Below the pieces are notes generated by a model, which saw only the letters and a list, made by a program, of their open reading frames with translations, did not search any database and was not told where the DNA came from. The position numbers were made by a program, and so were the translations under genes. Positions 1 to 9,128 of a stretch of DNA of 64,000 nt are shown here, piece after piece; the stretch's first letter is position 1; every line of letters starts with the position of its first letter. This DNA comes from Herpetosiphon sp. NSE202 (GTDB taxonomy: Bacteria > Chloroflexota > Chloroflexia > Chloroflexales > Herpetosiphonaceae), in the NCBI RefSeq assembly GCF_042688385.1, contig NZ_JBHUPY010000007.1, forward strand, positions 130,110 through 194,109. Direction: 5' to 3'.

Positions 1-444
1 TTGGGCCTCTGGCATGCGCTCTTGCACATAGTTGATCGCGCCGTGCAAATCACCAACTTCGTGATAGGCCAACGAACAAATTGAATCGTCGCTATCGCCA
101 CGCCCACGAAAATCAAAAATTAATACATTCATGCCAGCGCGCCACAAACCTGAGCCAATACCCAGCAACTCATCTTTGCGCCCACGATGACCGTGGCAGC
201 CAATCACAACCCGCTTACTTTCAGGCCGCGCCAGCCACCAAGCCCGAATTTGCAAGCCATCGACCGAATTAAAGCGCACTTCTTCCCAATCAACGCCAGT
301 TTCAAACGGCGTGAAGGCAAACAGGGTTTCCCGTTTGAGCGCGGCGGTCGGGCCACTCAAACGATGAGCAGCATAGGCAGCAATTCCGGCGAGCGTACTA
401 GCGGCGGCACTTAGGCCCGCCCCAACCAACAATTTGCGTTTCAT
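1..444 (-). CDS. alpha/beta hydrolase fold protein, partial (3' end lies beyond window start)
   Basis: Reverse-strand ORF open to the window edge, starting ATG at 442-444 (MKRKLLVGAGLSAAASTLAG...GCHGHRGRKDE...FDFRGRGDSDD). Has an HG-type oxyanion-hole motif and an N-terminal hydrophobic segment. Starts 3 nt after the stop of the kinase gene, so likely co-transcribed. Absent from the ORF track because there is no stop in the window. Confidence 0.5.
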   Translation of the reverse strand, partial: MKRKLLVGAGLSAAASTLAGIAAYAAHRLSGPTAALKRETLFAFTPFETGVDWEEVRFNSVDGLQIRAWWLARPESKRVVIGCHGHRGRKDELLGIGSGLWRAGMNVLIFDFRGRGDSDDSICSLAYHEVGDLHGAINYVQERMPEAQ

Positions 445-446
445 AA

Positions 447-1970
447 CTACTCGATACTAAAGACCATCTCAACATCGCCAATCCGAATTCGGTCGCCGGG
501 CCGCAGATGGTGCGGTTGATAGGCGGTCATCGGCACGCCGTTGATACTGGTGCCATTGATGCTGCCCAAATCAATTAATAAATGATGATCGCCCTGTTGC
601 TCGATCACAGCGTGGCGACGGGAAGCTACGCCACGATCATGCTCAGCCAAATCGATCTCAGGATGATGATTTTGGGCTGGATCGCGCCGCCCAATGCGAC
701 AAGGAAAATGGGTTAATGCTAATTCCCAAACCGCGCGCGGCGAGGTAATCACTAATTTTGGCACAGCGCGCTTGATTGCAGCGCCACAACCAGCACAAAA
801 TCGCGCATTCGGCTTATTCATGCGCCCACATTGATCGCAAATTGGGCCATTGGCCTGCGGTGGCGGCGACCACGCTGGAGTCTGGACTGGTGGAGCCCAT
901 GATGGCACTGGTTGCGGCACTGGCTGCGCCATCGGTTGCTGATAATTGGGCTGTTGCGGCGTACCCCAGGCTGGCGCTGGATTGGGATTCGGATTGCCCC
1001 ACGCTGGCGCAGGGTTTGGATTACCCCAGGCTGGCGCTGGATTGGGATTCGGATTGCCCCACGCAGGATCAGGATTGTTAAACACTGGCGCTGGCGTTGG
1101 CATCATCGTCGGATCATCAAGCTTATCGGGCACGATAACGCCGCGATCGACCGCCAACAAGGCTTGCTCAAACGAAGCCATCGTTTGAAAACGCTTATCG
1201 CGATCCATCGCCATCGCTTTGATAATCACCTGTTCCATCTCCGGCGTAACCGATTGATTATGCCGAATCAACGAGCCATCTCTGGGGGTTTGCAAGGGCA
1301 CAGGCGGCAAATTGGTGAGCATATGCAGCAAGGTCGCGCCCAAAGCATAAATATCCGCGCGGGCATCAGTTTGGCCCTTGCCATACTGCTCTGGTGGCGC
1401 ATAGCCTGCCGAACCCATCGCCACCGTATCTTTGCTTTTATTGGTTTTGTAGGTGCGCGCCACACCAAAATCGATCAGCTTAATAATGCCCTCAGGCGTA
1501 AGCATCACATTCGGCGGCTTCATATCGCGGAAGATAATTGGCGGATTTTGGGTGTGCAAATAATTCAGCACCCGCGCAATTTGAATTCCCCAATTAACTA
1601 CATCGCGTTGAAAAAATGGCGCATTCGTTTCACGCTGCTTATCTTCAAGCGTTTTACCTTGCACAAACTCCATCACTAGCGTCGGGCGACCAGCCTGATC
1701 GAAAGAATCGATCACTTTGGGCAAGTTTGGATGATCGAGCGTTTGCAACAATTGCGATTCTTGGTCGAAAAGCTTGCGATTTTCGGCAATCTCCTCGGGA
1801 GCAGCCTCAACTGGTGGGCGCATCTCTTTTAATGCCCAGGTCGAGCCATCGCTCATGCGTTCACAGCGATAGACCGCGCCCATGCCGCCGCGCCCGATGA
1901 GGCCGAGAATCCGATATTGATCACGTTGTCCTTGAAGTATCGTGCCATCAGGCAGCAAATCAGCAAACAC
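447..1970 (-). CDS. Ser/Thr protein kinase with Pro-rich repeat linker, double zinc-ribbon and C-terminal FHA domain
   Basis: Kinase subdomains are visible (GRGGMGAVYRC, ALKEM, HRDMKPPNVML, DFGVAR, GSAGYAPPE). Four copies of NPNPAPAWG follow, then CDQCGRMNKPNARFCAGCGA, then an FHA-like C-terminus (CRIGRR...GSINGTSINGVPM). Confidence 0.85.
   Translation of the reverse strand: MFADLLPDGTILQGQRDQYRILGLIGRGGMGAVYRCERMSDGSTWALKEMRPPVEAAPEEIAENRKLFDQESQLLQTLDHPNLPKVIDSFDQAGRPTLVMEFVQGKTLEDKQRETNAPFFQRDVVNWGIQIARVLNYLHTQNPPIIFRDMKPPNVMLTPEGIIKLIDFGVARTYKTNKSKDTVAMGSAGYAPPEQYGKGQTDARADIYALGATLLHMLTNLPPVPLQTPRDGSLIRHNQSVTPEMEQVIIKAMAMDRDKRFQTMASFEQALLAVDRGVIVPDKLDDPTMMPTPAPVFNNPDPAWGNPNPNPAPAWGNPNPAPAWGNPNPNPAPAWGTPQQPNYQQPMAQPVPQPVPSWAPPVQTPAWSPPPQANGPICDQCGRMNKPNARFCAGCGAAIKRAVPKLVITSPRAVWELALTHFPCRIGRRDPAQNHHPEIDLAEHDRGVASRRHAVIEQQGDHHLLIDLGSINGTSINGVPMTAYQPHHLRPGDRIRIGDVEMVFSIE
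961..1086. repeat. 60-bp period direct repeat (2 copies, 42/42 identical core) inside the kinase gene
   Basis: accccaggctggcgctggattgggattcggattgccccacgc occurs twice (about 961-1002 and 1021-1062). On the minus strand it encodes the PAWGNPNP(NP)APAWG repeats. Confidence 0.8.
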
Positions 1971-2232
1971 AGTTTCTCCCGCCGCTACATGATTGCGTAG
2001 CTTGTATTATCAACGATTGATCCGTCAAAAGTCAAAGGGTGGTAGCAACCATTAATCAAGAATTAACCATTAAATTGCCCAAAAGCATGCAAGAAATCAG
2101 TTTAAATTGCACCTATATCTAAGTAAAGGCTTATGCTCAGCCATTCTAGAATAAAACTTGACTTCCAGCATTGCCCCAAGCCACTCCAACTATACCATGC
2201 TCTTTCGCTCGTTAGCTTTCTGAGGAGTTTTG

Positions 2233-4056
2233 ATGACGGACTCTTTACTACTTATCTCGATTGGCCCAGTTCAAGATTTCATTGCAAGTGCCCGCCGCAC
2301 CCGCGACCTCTGGTTTGGTTCATGGCTGCTTAGCGAACTGGCCAAAGCGGCGGCGAAAAGCATTTATGAACACGAAGGCGATTTAATCTTTCCTTATCCA
2401 GCAACGCCAAAAACTGACCTTGCAGCAAACAGTACATTCAACGTCCCTAACAAAATTCTCGCCAAAATTAAAGACGATCCCAAAGCCCAAGCAGTTTTAG
2501 CCCGCGAGGCCTTAATCGCTCGATTGAATGAGATTCGCGAGGGAGCATTTGCCAAGGTCAATGGCGAAATTGAGCGAGAGCGAGCGATTGACCAAATCAA
2601 TTCCTTAGTTGAATTCAATTGGGTTGCATTACCCTTAGCAAGCGATGATACCTATCGTGCAACCCGCCAGCAGCTTGAGCACCTGATGGCAGCCCGCAAA
2701 AATACCCGTAATTTTGGCAAGGTAACGTGGGGTACGAACGCGCCAAAATCCTCAATTGATGGCGAACGGGAATCGGTGATTGATGAGAGTTTGTATCCAT
2801 TACCTAATGAGAAAACCAGAAATCCTACAGCATACGAAGACAAAGTTAGAAGTCTATATCAGAAATTCGGCATCAACGTTGGTGAGCGTTTATCAGGCGT
2901 TGATATTCTCAAGCGTCATGGGCAAAAAGGCAAAGATTCAAGATTTCCAAGCACCTCACATATGGCTGCAATTCCAATGTTCAACTTTCTAAATAAGTAT
3001 GATGAGCTAAATGCCAATATTAGTCTTATTGATGAGTGGAATAGATATATTAATTTTTTCAATAAAAATCCCACTCTGATAAAATATATTAATAATGAAA
3101 TAACCCCAAATCCTCAACCAATTTTCGGCGATAAGGATGGTTCATTATTATTTGCCGAACGATTCACCGATACATTAGAAGGTGATGATTTATCTGATGC
3201 TCGAAATGCACTTGAAGCATTCTATAACGCTTTAGGTGTTAAAAAACCTCCTATTCCCTACTATGCCATTTTGCATGCTGATGGCGATGCTATGGGTAGC
3301 GTGATTAATTTCCAATCGGATCTATTTAAACACCAAGCTATTTCCAAACAATTAACGCTGTTTGCAGGAGAAGTCAAATCAATCGTTGAAACGGAATATC
3401 AAGGAGCATTAGTTTATTCGGGCGGGGATGACGTTTTAGCATTTTTACCGTTACATACTGCATTGGAATGTGCCGATGCGTTGGCTAAAAAGTTTCAGAT
3501 TCTGTTAAGCGATTTCAAAAATAAAGAAGATCGTTCACCCACACTCTCGGTTGGCATTGCGATTGTTCACCACTTGGAGCCATTATCCGATGCCTTAGAG
3601 TTGGCACGCGCTGCCGAGAAAAAAGCCAAAGCTGTAGCAGGCAAAAATGCGCTGGCCATCAACCTCAGCAAACGTGGCGGCGCAGATCGAATTATCGTTG
3701 GCTCATGGATTGAAAGCACATATTCATTTTACAATCGACTTAAAAAATTAATTGAATGGCATCAAAACGATCAAATTCCCCTTGGCTTTGCTTTTGAACT
3801 GCATGATTTATCCATCCGACTAAAAGATTTACCTGCCGCAATTTTTCGCGCCGAAGCCAAACGAATTATCGAGCGCAAGCATACCAGCAACGGGATCAAA
3901 GTTGACGGTGATATTGCTCAAGCATTACTAGCCATGATTAATGATTTGGTTCCAGAAACGCAGACCGAAGCACACACGATGATCCACCAATTTGCTGATG
4001 AAGTGATTATTGCGGAATTTATTGCTCAAGCCAACAAACTGACTACAGGTCAATAA
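2233..4056 (+). CDS. cas10: Cas10/Cmr2 (type III-B large subunit), HD-less variant with intact cyclase palm motifs
   Basis: N-terminal ISIGPVQDFIASARRTRDLWFGSWLLS (Cmr2 signature), first palm YYAILHADGDAMG, second palm VYSGGDDVLAFLP (GGDD). No HD motif at the N-terminus. RBS GAGGAG 5 nt before ATG 2233 (the track start 2230 is a TTG). Confidence 0.85.
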   Translation: MTDSLLLISIGPVQDFIASARRTRDLWFGSWLLSELAKAAAKSIYEHEGDLIFPYPATPKTDLAANSTFNVPNKILAKIKDDPKAQAVLAREALIARLNEIREGAFAKVNGEIERERAIDQINSLVEFNWVALPLASDDTYRATRQQLEHLMAARKNTRNFGKVTWGTNAPKSSIDGERESVIDESLYPLPNEKTRNPTAYEDKVRSLYQKFGINVGERLSGVDILKRHGQKGKDSRFPSTSHMAAIPMFNFLNKYDELNANISLIDEWNRYINFFNKNPTLIKYINNEITPNPQPIFGDKDGSLLFAERFTDTLEGDDLSDARNALEAFYNALGVKKPPIPYYAILHADGDAMGSVINFQSDLFKHQAISKQLTLFAGEVKSIVETEYQGALVYSGGDDVLAFLPLHTALECADALAKKFQILLSDFKNKEDRSPTLSVGIAIVHHLEPLSDALELARAAEKKAKAVAGKNALAINLSKRGGADRIIVGSWIESTYSFYNRLKKLIEWHQNDQIPLGFAFELHDLSIRLKDLPAAIFRAEAKRIIERKHTSNGIKVDGDIAQALLAMINDLVPETQTEAHTMIHQFADEVIIAEFIAQANKLTTGQ

Positions 4057-4089
4057 TAGCAACTCAATAGGCTTTCAAGGAGTTAATTG

Positions 4090-5445
4090 ATGTCGCGAAA
4101 TAAACGTCGTGGTTCATCCACAAGAAACCAAGAATCAGAGCCACCAAAACCCAACACTGGTCAATGGCTGATCGAGCCACGTGACCCATTAATCGTTCGT
4201 GATGGTCGACCATTTAATAACACGCCTGGAGCCAAAGCCTATACTCAATCATTTCCGCCACCATCAGTTTTAGCGGGGGTTGTTCGAACACAAACTGCCT
4301 ACGCAACAAATATGCGGCTTACCCTTGATGATGGTCAACCTAATCAACCTAAGCTTGATCTGCTTAAACAAATAAAAATTTATGGGCCATTGCTATTCAA
4401 ATTGCCCAATCCAAATAAAGAAAAAGATGAGCCTGAATTCCTATGCCCTGCGCCTGCTGATGCATTGTTATTTGAGCTTGAAGCAAAACCATCCGATACT
4501 CAAGCAGCAGAATCGACGACATCCGCAGTTTGGCTCCGCCAATTAGTGCCAATTCAGCCTCCTGCTAGGTTTAGTAGCGATTTCAATGAACTTGGCTTGG
4601 TTGGTTTAGTCGAGGCTGATGCGCGTAAGCCAGCCAAAGAGCAACCGCAATTTTGGTATTGGGAACATTTTCTGCAATGGTTGCACGATCCAGCAGGATT
4701 AATCAATCAAACACACGGTTCTTCAGAACTAAAAACGGCTGATTTGGGCATTAAAGGCTTGCCAATCGATCAACGCACTCATACCCAAATTGATCCTGAG
4801 CGCCAGAGCGCCGAAGATGGCCGCTTATTTCAAACTCGTGGGCTGAGCTTTACCCAAGCTAAAGATGACCAACTCGCCGAAGCTCAGCGTTTAGCGCTAT
4901 TTGTCAAAGCCGACTACAAGCAATCTAATCTTGCAGTCCCAGCAATGAAGCTAGCGCCACTTGGCGGTGAACGTCGTTTGGCTCATTGGCATAGTGTTCC
5001 AACAATCAGTTCTTCCCCGTTCGATCAAGCAACCATTGATGCAATTGCGACAAAAATTGGGGAAACAGGAGCATGCCGCCTGATTCTGCTCACGCCATGC
5101 ATGTTTGAAAAAGGCTATCGCCCAACGTGGCTATGCCGCGATGTTGATGGTGTGCAGCCAACACTTGAGGCAATTGCGATCAAGCGCGCTCAAGTTATTT
5201 CAGGCTGGGATTTAGCAATTCGCAAGGCCAAACATACTCGCCGGCTAGCTCCCGCTGGCACTGTCTTGTTCCTCACATTCGCTGAAAAGGAAAATTCGGC
5301 GGCAATAGAAGCATGGGTTCGTAAGCTTTGGATGCAGTGCATCAGCGATGAGGAGCAAGATCGCCGTGATGGCTTTGGCTTGGCCGTATTTGGAACTTGG
5401 GATGGCGAATTTGCTGAAATCAAGGGAGTATCAAATGAATCGTAA
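4090..5445 (+). CDS. cmr3: Cmr3 (type III-B RAMP)
   Basis: LIEPRDPLIVRDGRPF N-terminal Cmr3 signature; C-terminal G-rich loop GFGLAVFGTWDG; RBS AAGGAG 7 nt upstream. Position after cas10. Confidence 0.75.
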   Translation: MSRNKRRGSSTRNQESEPPKPNTGQWLIEPRDPLIVRDGRPFNNTPGAKAYTQSFPPPSVLAGVVRTQTAYATNMRLTLDDGQPNQPKLDLLKQIKIYGPLLFKLPNPNKEKDEPEFLCPAPADALLFELEAKPSDTQAAESTTSAVWLRQLVPIQPPARFSSDFNELGLVGLVEADARKPAKEQPQFWYWEHFLQWLHDPAGLINQTHGSSELKTADLGIKGLPIDQRTHTQIDPERQSAEDGRLFQTRGLSFTQAKDDQLAEAQRLALFVKADYKQSNLAVPAMKLAPLGGERRLAHWHSVPTISSSPFDQATIDAIATKIGETGACRLILLTPCMFEKGYRPTWLCRDVDGVQPTLEAIAIKRAQVISGWDLAIRKAKHTRRLAPAGTVLFLTFAEKENSAAIEAWVRKLWMQCISDEEQDRRDGFGLAVFGTWDGEFAEIKGVSNES

Positions 5446-6880
5446 ACCAACTATTTCTGCACCAGATCTGGAAAATTATCAATTACCCAATCAATTTACC
5501 ATTGGCGAACACACCTATATCACCGAAACCCGCACCTATAAGCTGATCACCCCATTGTTTGGTGGTGGCGTTGAAGCTGGAGTGAATGACCCAATCACCC
5601 CAATTCGCGCCAGTGGCATTCGCGGCCAATTGCGCTTTTGGTGGCGAGCTATTCGCGGCGGTGGCTATAGTTCAATTGAGAAAATGAGAGAAGAAGAATC
5701 GAAAATTTGGGGTAGTGCTAGCACGAGTAGTGATTCAGAAAAAAACCAACAACTTTTTAGATCTGTGCAAATTAATGTTACTGAGGTTATTCATATTGAA
5801 GAGCAGGGCGTTCCAATGGTTATTAAACCGTATAAGGTCGAAGAAAAAACAAATGAACCTAATAAATTTATTACCAAACCTAATAAACAAAATGTAGTTC
5901 CTCTCTATATTGCTTTTCCACTCCAACCAACTTCAGAGGAAGCACAACAAATAGGAAAAGAAAACAGGCATGACCAAATTAAATACCTTACCAACAACCT
6001 CAAATTTACTTTAGAGATCACGTATCCCGAAAGTTTTAAACTTGAAATTCAAGCTGCACTATGGGCATGGGAGACATTTGGTGGGGTTGGTGGTCGTACC
6101 CGGCGTGGATTTGGTTCAATTAGAAGAACGGATGATCTAACATACCCCGATACAATGAAAGATTTCAAACCATGGCTTGATACAAATTTTAAAAAGTATA
6201 GTTTACTAAAACACCTACATAGATTTCCCCAGCTAGAGATTCACAATTCTCTAAGATTTATGATTTTTTATAAAACAATAAAATCAGGATTATTTGGAAT
6301 GTGGAGGAATTTAATAGAAAACTTTCGAGATTTTCGTCAAGCAAAAAATGATGATGGTAGAAGTAGTTGGCCTGAACCAAATCAAATCCGTAGAATTACA
6401 AAACAACATCTTAAGCATCATAATCCCGATAATGTTCAAGCAGGTCAGCAGCATAAGATAATCAAGGCATTTCCTCGTGCTCAGTTTGGGTTACCAATCA
6501 TTTTTCAATTTAAAGATAATAGATATGGATCTGATAGAAAAGATTTAGATCCTCGTCCTACAACTCTTGGATTGGTAAATCCTAACGATTCAAAAAAAGA
6601 GAGTGAGCGTTTAGCTAGCCCACTTATCTTAAAAACCTTCCAATGTACAAATGGAGATAGCATAGGGTTAGCATTTATTTTATCAGGAACCGAGTTATCT
6701 TCAAACATGGAGTTATCACTGAAGGCTAATCCCAGCAACCCTATAGATCCAAAGCCAGAAGATCTTAGGTTTCTATTAAGAGATAATGAAATGCTTGATA
6801 TAAATTCAATATCTGTAGAAGGAAATATCCTTGAAGCATTTTTAGCCTATCTTGAGGGGAAAATGCCGAAAGAAAAATAA
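5435..6880 (+). CDS. cmr1: Cmr1 (type III-B RAMP)
   Basis: ITPLFGGG, IRASGIRGQLRFWWRA and the G-rich loop WETFGGVGGRTRRGFGSI. RBS AAGGGAG before ATG 5435; overlaps the cmr3 stop by 11 nt. The C-terminal two thirds is AT-rich, see findings. Confidence 0.75.
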   Translation: MNRKPTISAPDLENYQLPNQFTIGEHTYITETRTYKLITPLFGGGVEAGVNDPITPIRASGIRGQLRFWWRAIRGGGYSSIEKMREEESKIWGSASTSSDSEKNQQLFRSVQINVTEVIHIEEQGVPMVIKPYKVEEKTNEPNKFITKPNKQNVVPLYIAFPLQPTSEEAQQIGKENRHDQIKYLTNNLKFTLEITYPESFKLEIQAALWAWETFGGVGGRTRRGFGSIRRTDDLTYPDTMKDFKPWLDTNFKKYSLLKHLHRFPQLEIHNSLRFMIFYKTIKSGLFGMWRNLIENFRDFRQAKNDDGRSSWPEPNQIRRITKQHLKHHNPDNVQAGQQHKIIKAFPRAQFGLPIIFQFKDNRYGSDRKDLDPRPTTLGLVNPNDSKKESERLASPLILKTFQCTNGDSIGLAFILSGTELSSNMELSLKANPSNPIDPKPEDLRFLLRDNEMLDINSISVEGNILEAFLAYLEGKMPKEK

Positions 6881-6922
6881 TTACGATTCTTCAAACATTC
6901 TTATTTAATTGGAGCATAAACC

Positions 6923-7819
6923 ATGAATCTCACCAAACTCGTTTTTGTCCATGCCCTTTCACCACTGCATGCTGGCACAGGCCAAGGCGCTGGGGTCATC
7001 GATTTGCCAATTGCCCGCGAAAAAGCCACCAATTTGCCCTATTTGCCAGGTTCATCGCTCAAAGGCCCGTTGCGTGATCGGGCAATGAACGCCAATGAAT
7101 GCGGAGTGCCCCTCAATAAAACGCCTGAAGAAATTTTCGGACGGTCTGAAACTAATAATTTGACCATGGGGGTGGTGCAATTCTCCGATTTACACTTGCT
7201 TTGTTTACCTGTGCGCAGTTTGTTTGGCACATTTGCCTGGGTTAGCTCGACTTATATTCTCAATCGTTTTGCCCGAAGTTTAGCCGATACTCATCAAGCT
7301 CAGCTGAGGGAGTTAGCCCCTATCCAGCTTGATGAAGCAACTCAATGCCTTGTAACCCAAAATTCAAGTCTCACTGCAAATACCAAAGTGTATCTTGAAG
7401 ATCTTGATTTTGTGGCCAAAAACCAGGAGGGGATTCATCAATGGGGAACATTCATCGCTCAGAATATTTTTGACTCAACCACAGAAGCTGAAAAATATTG
7501 GCATGATCACTTTATTCAACGTTTATGTATTGTTCACGATAATGTTTTGAGCTTTTTACTCAACACTGCAACCGAAATAACCGCTCGTATCAGCCTTGAT
7601 GACGATAAAAAAACAGTTAAAAAAGGCGCTTTGTGGTACGAAGAAGCCTTGCCAGCCGAATCAATTTTGACTGGCTTGATGTTGATTGCGCCACCAAAAG
7701 CAAACCAAACATATTTAGATGCAATGGCAAACGATCTTACAAATCTTTGTGAAAAACCAATTCAGCTTGGTGGCAAAGCAACCGTTGGGCGCGGAATTTG
7801 TCGCGTGATTGTGAAATAG
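6923..7819 (+). CDS. cmr4: Cmr4 (type III-B backbone RAMP, Cas7 family)
   Basis: LSPLHAGTGQGAGVIDLPIAREKATNLPYLPGSSLKGPLR (Cas7 glycine-rich/thumb signature); C-terminal G-rich loop GGKATVGRGICRV; RBS GGAG. Confidence 0.8.
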   Translation: MNLTKLVFVHALSPLHAGTGQGAGVIDLPIAREKATNLPYLPGSSLKGPLRDRAMNANECGVPLNKTPEEIFGRSETNNLTMGVVQFSDLHLLCLPVRSLFGTFAWVSSTYILNRFARSLADTHQAQLRELAPIQLDEATQCLVTQNSSLTANTKVYLEDLDFVAKNQEGIHQWGTFIAQNIFDSTTEAEKYWHDHFIQRLCIVHDNVLSFLLNTATEITARISLDDDKKTVKKGALWYEEALPAESILTGLMLIAPPKANQTYLDAMANDLTNLCEKPIQLGGKATVGRGICRVIVK

Positions 7820-7829
7820 GAGCAGTAGC

Positions 7830-8255
7830 ATGAGTAATTCAGTTTTTCAAACCCGCGATCAGAAATTTGCATCAGTAATTTATCAACAAATCCAAGACAT
7901 TAAGCAACAGTCTGTGGCAAACCAAAAACGCTATGGTGTAATAGCACATAAATTACCTATATTAATTAGAACTGCTGGGCTTGCTCAAGCATTAGTATTT
8001 ATTAGTTCAAGGAGTAAGAAAAAAGAGCTTGGCAAAGATGATGAATTTAGTTTATTCCTAACTCATCTTACAAAAACAATAAATATAGATACATCAGATA
8101 TTGTTGAATATGCTATTAAAGTAGATCTCTCAAAGTATATGTACATAACACAACAGATACTTGATGCACTGTTATGGTATAAACGCTTTGCTCAAAGCGT
8201 GCTTGGCATTGAGCCAACCGATCAACTTGATGACGAGCAGGGAGATAAAGAATGA
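7830..8255 (+). CDS. cmr5: Cmr5 (type III-B small subunit, Cas11 family)
   Basis: 141-aa alpha-helical protein between cmr4 and cmr6. RBS AGGAG; stop overlaps the cmr6 start (ATGA). Assignment is mainly positional. Confidence 0.6.
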   Translation: MSNSVFQTRDQKFASVIYQQIQDIKQQSVANQKRYGVIAHKLPILIRTAGLAQALVFISSRSKKKELGKDDEFSLFLTHLTKTINIDTSDIVEYAIKVDLSKYMYITQQILDALLWYKRFAQSVLGIEPTDQLDDEQGDKE

Positions 8256-9112
8256 ATAGTCGACGTGATCATTTAAATAATATCAAAGTGGATAACATAG
8301 CACATGCAGGTTTATGGCTTGATCGTTATTTATATGAACAAAAAAATGACGATGAAAATTCTAAAACGAAGCATTTTGCCGATGTTGCCAATATCGCCAA
8401 TCAAATGGATCAAACAGGAATCTATGAAGGTTTTTTTAAGCGCTGGGTGAACACATTAAAGGAAATTCCCGCTATTTGCTTGCTAAGAGCTGAAGTAAAA
8501 GGCCGAATGGTCGTGGGTCTCGGGACTGAAAGTGTGCTCGAAAACTCGATTACTTTGCAGCGCACCTATGGCATGCCCTACATCCCAGGTAGCGCCTTGA
8601 AGGGCTTGGCATCGAGCTTCGCCCACCAACGCCTCGGCCAAGGAGCTGCCAATGCAGATACACCCAACGATTGGGCGAAGGGTGGCAAATTTCATCGCGA
8701 ATTATTTGGCTCAACCGAGCTAAGTGGCTGTATCAGCTTTTATGATGCCTTGTATATTCCTAAGACGGCCAAAGCTGGAGGCCCATTACATCCCGATGTG
8801 ATTACTGTGCATCATCCTGAGTATTATCAAGGCAAGAAACAAGCTCCTGCCAAGGGTGATCAAGCGCAAACTATGCCACCAGCCGATTGGGATAGCCCAA
8901 CCATTATTCCATTTCTGAGCGCGACTGGTCACTATTTGGTAGCACTCAGCGGAGTAGAAGGTTGGTGTAATGCCGCCCGAAGCTTGCTCGCCAATGGCCT
9001 GACGCATATGGGCATCGGCGCAAAAACCTCCAGTGGTTATGGCCGGATGGAGCTTGATGCTAACTGTATGACAGAAGAGCAAATTAAATCACTACTTGAA
9101 AGCTTAGGTTAA
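8252..9112 (+). CDS. cmr6: Cmr6 (type III-B RAMP)
   Basis: MPYIPGSALKGLASSFAH (RAMP motif) and the C-terminal G-rich loop GIGAKTSSGYGRMEL. Confidence 0.75.
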   Translation: MNSRRDHLNNIKVDNIAHAGLWLDRYLYEQKNDDENSKTKHFADVANIANQMDQTGIYEGFFKRWVNTLKEIPAICLLRAEVKGRMVVGLGTESVLENSITLQRTYGMPYIPGSALKGLASSFAHQRLGQGAANADTPNDWAKGGKFHRELFGSTELSGCISFYDALYIPKTAKAGGPLHPDVITVHHPEYYQGKKQAPAKGDQAQTMPPADWDSPTIIPFLSATGHYLVALSGVEGWCNAARSLLANGLTHMGIGAKTSSGYGRMELDANCMTEEQIKSLLESLG

Positions 9113-9128
9113 TATAAAGGAGCTTGCT

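Noticed and set aside
912-1679. 255-aa + strand ORF rich in R/W overlapping the kinase gene; likewise 22822-23448 (antisense in lon), 40468-41181 (antisense in proA), 44066-44938 (antisense in secA), 55375-56554 ORFs antisense in sufD/sufC
   Set aside because: Each lies antisense to a gene with clear conserved motifs and has biased, implausible composition. These are typical shadow ORFs.
1971-2232. Sigma-70 promoter for the cas operon (TTGACT at about 2156 with possible -10 elements)
   Set aside because: No -10 hexamer at acceptable spacing (candidates are 10 or 27 nt from the -35). Could not be supported from sequence alone.
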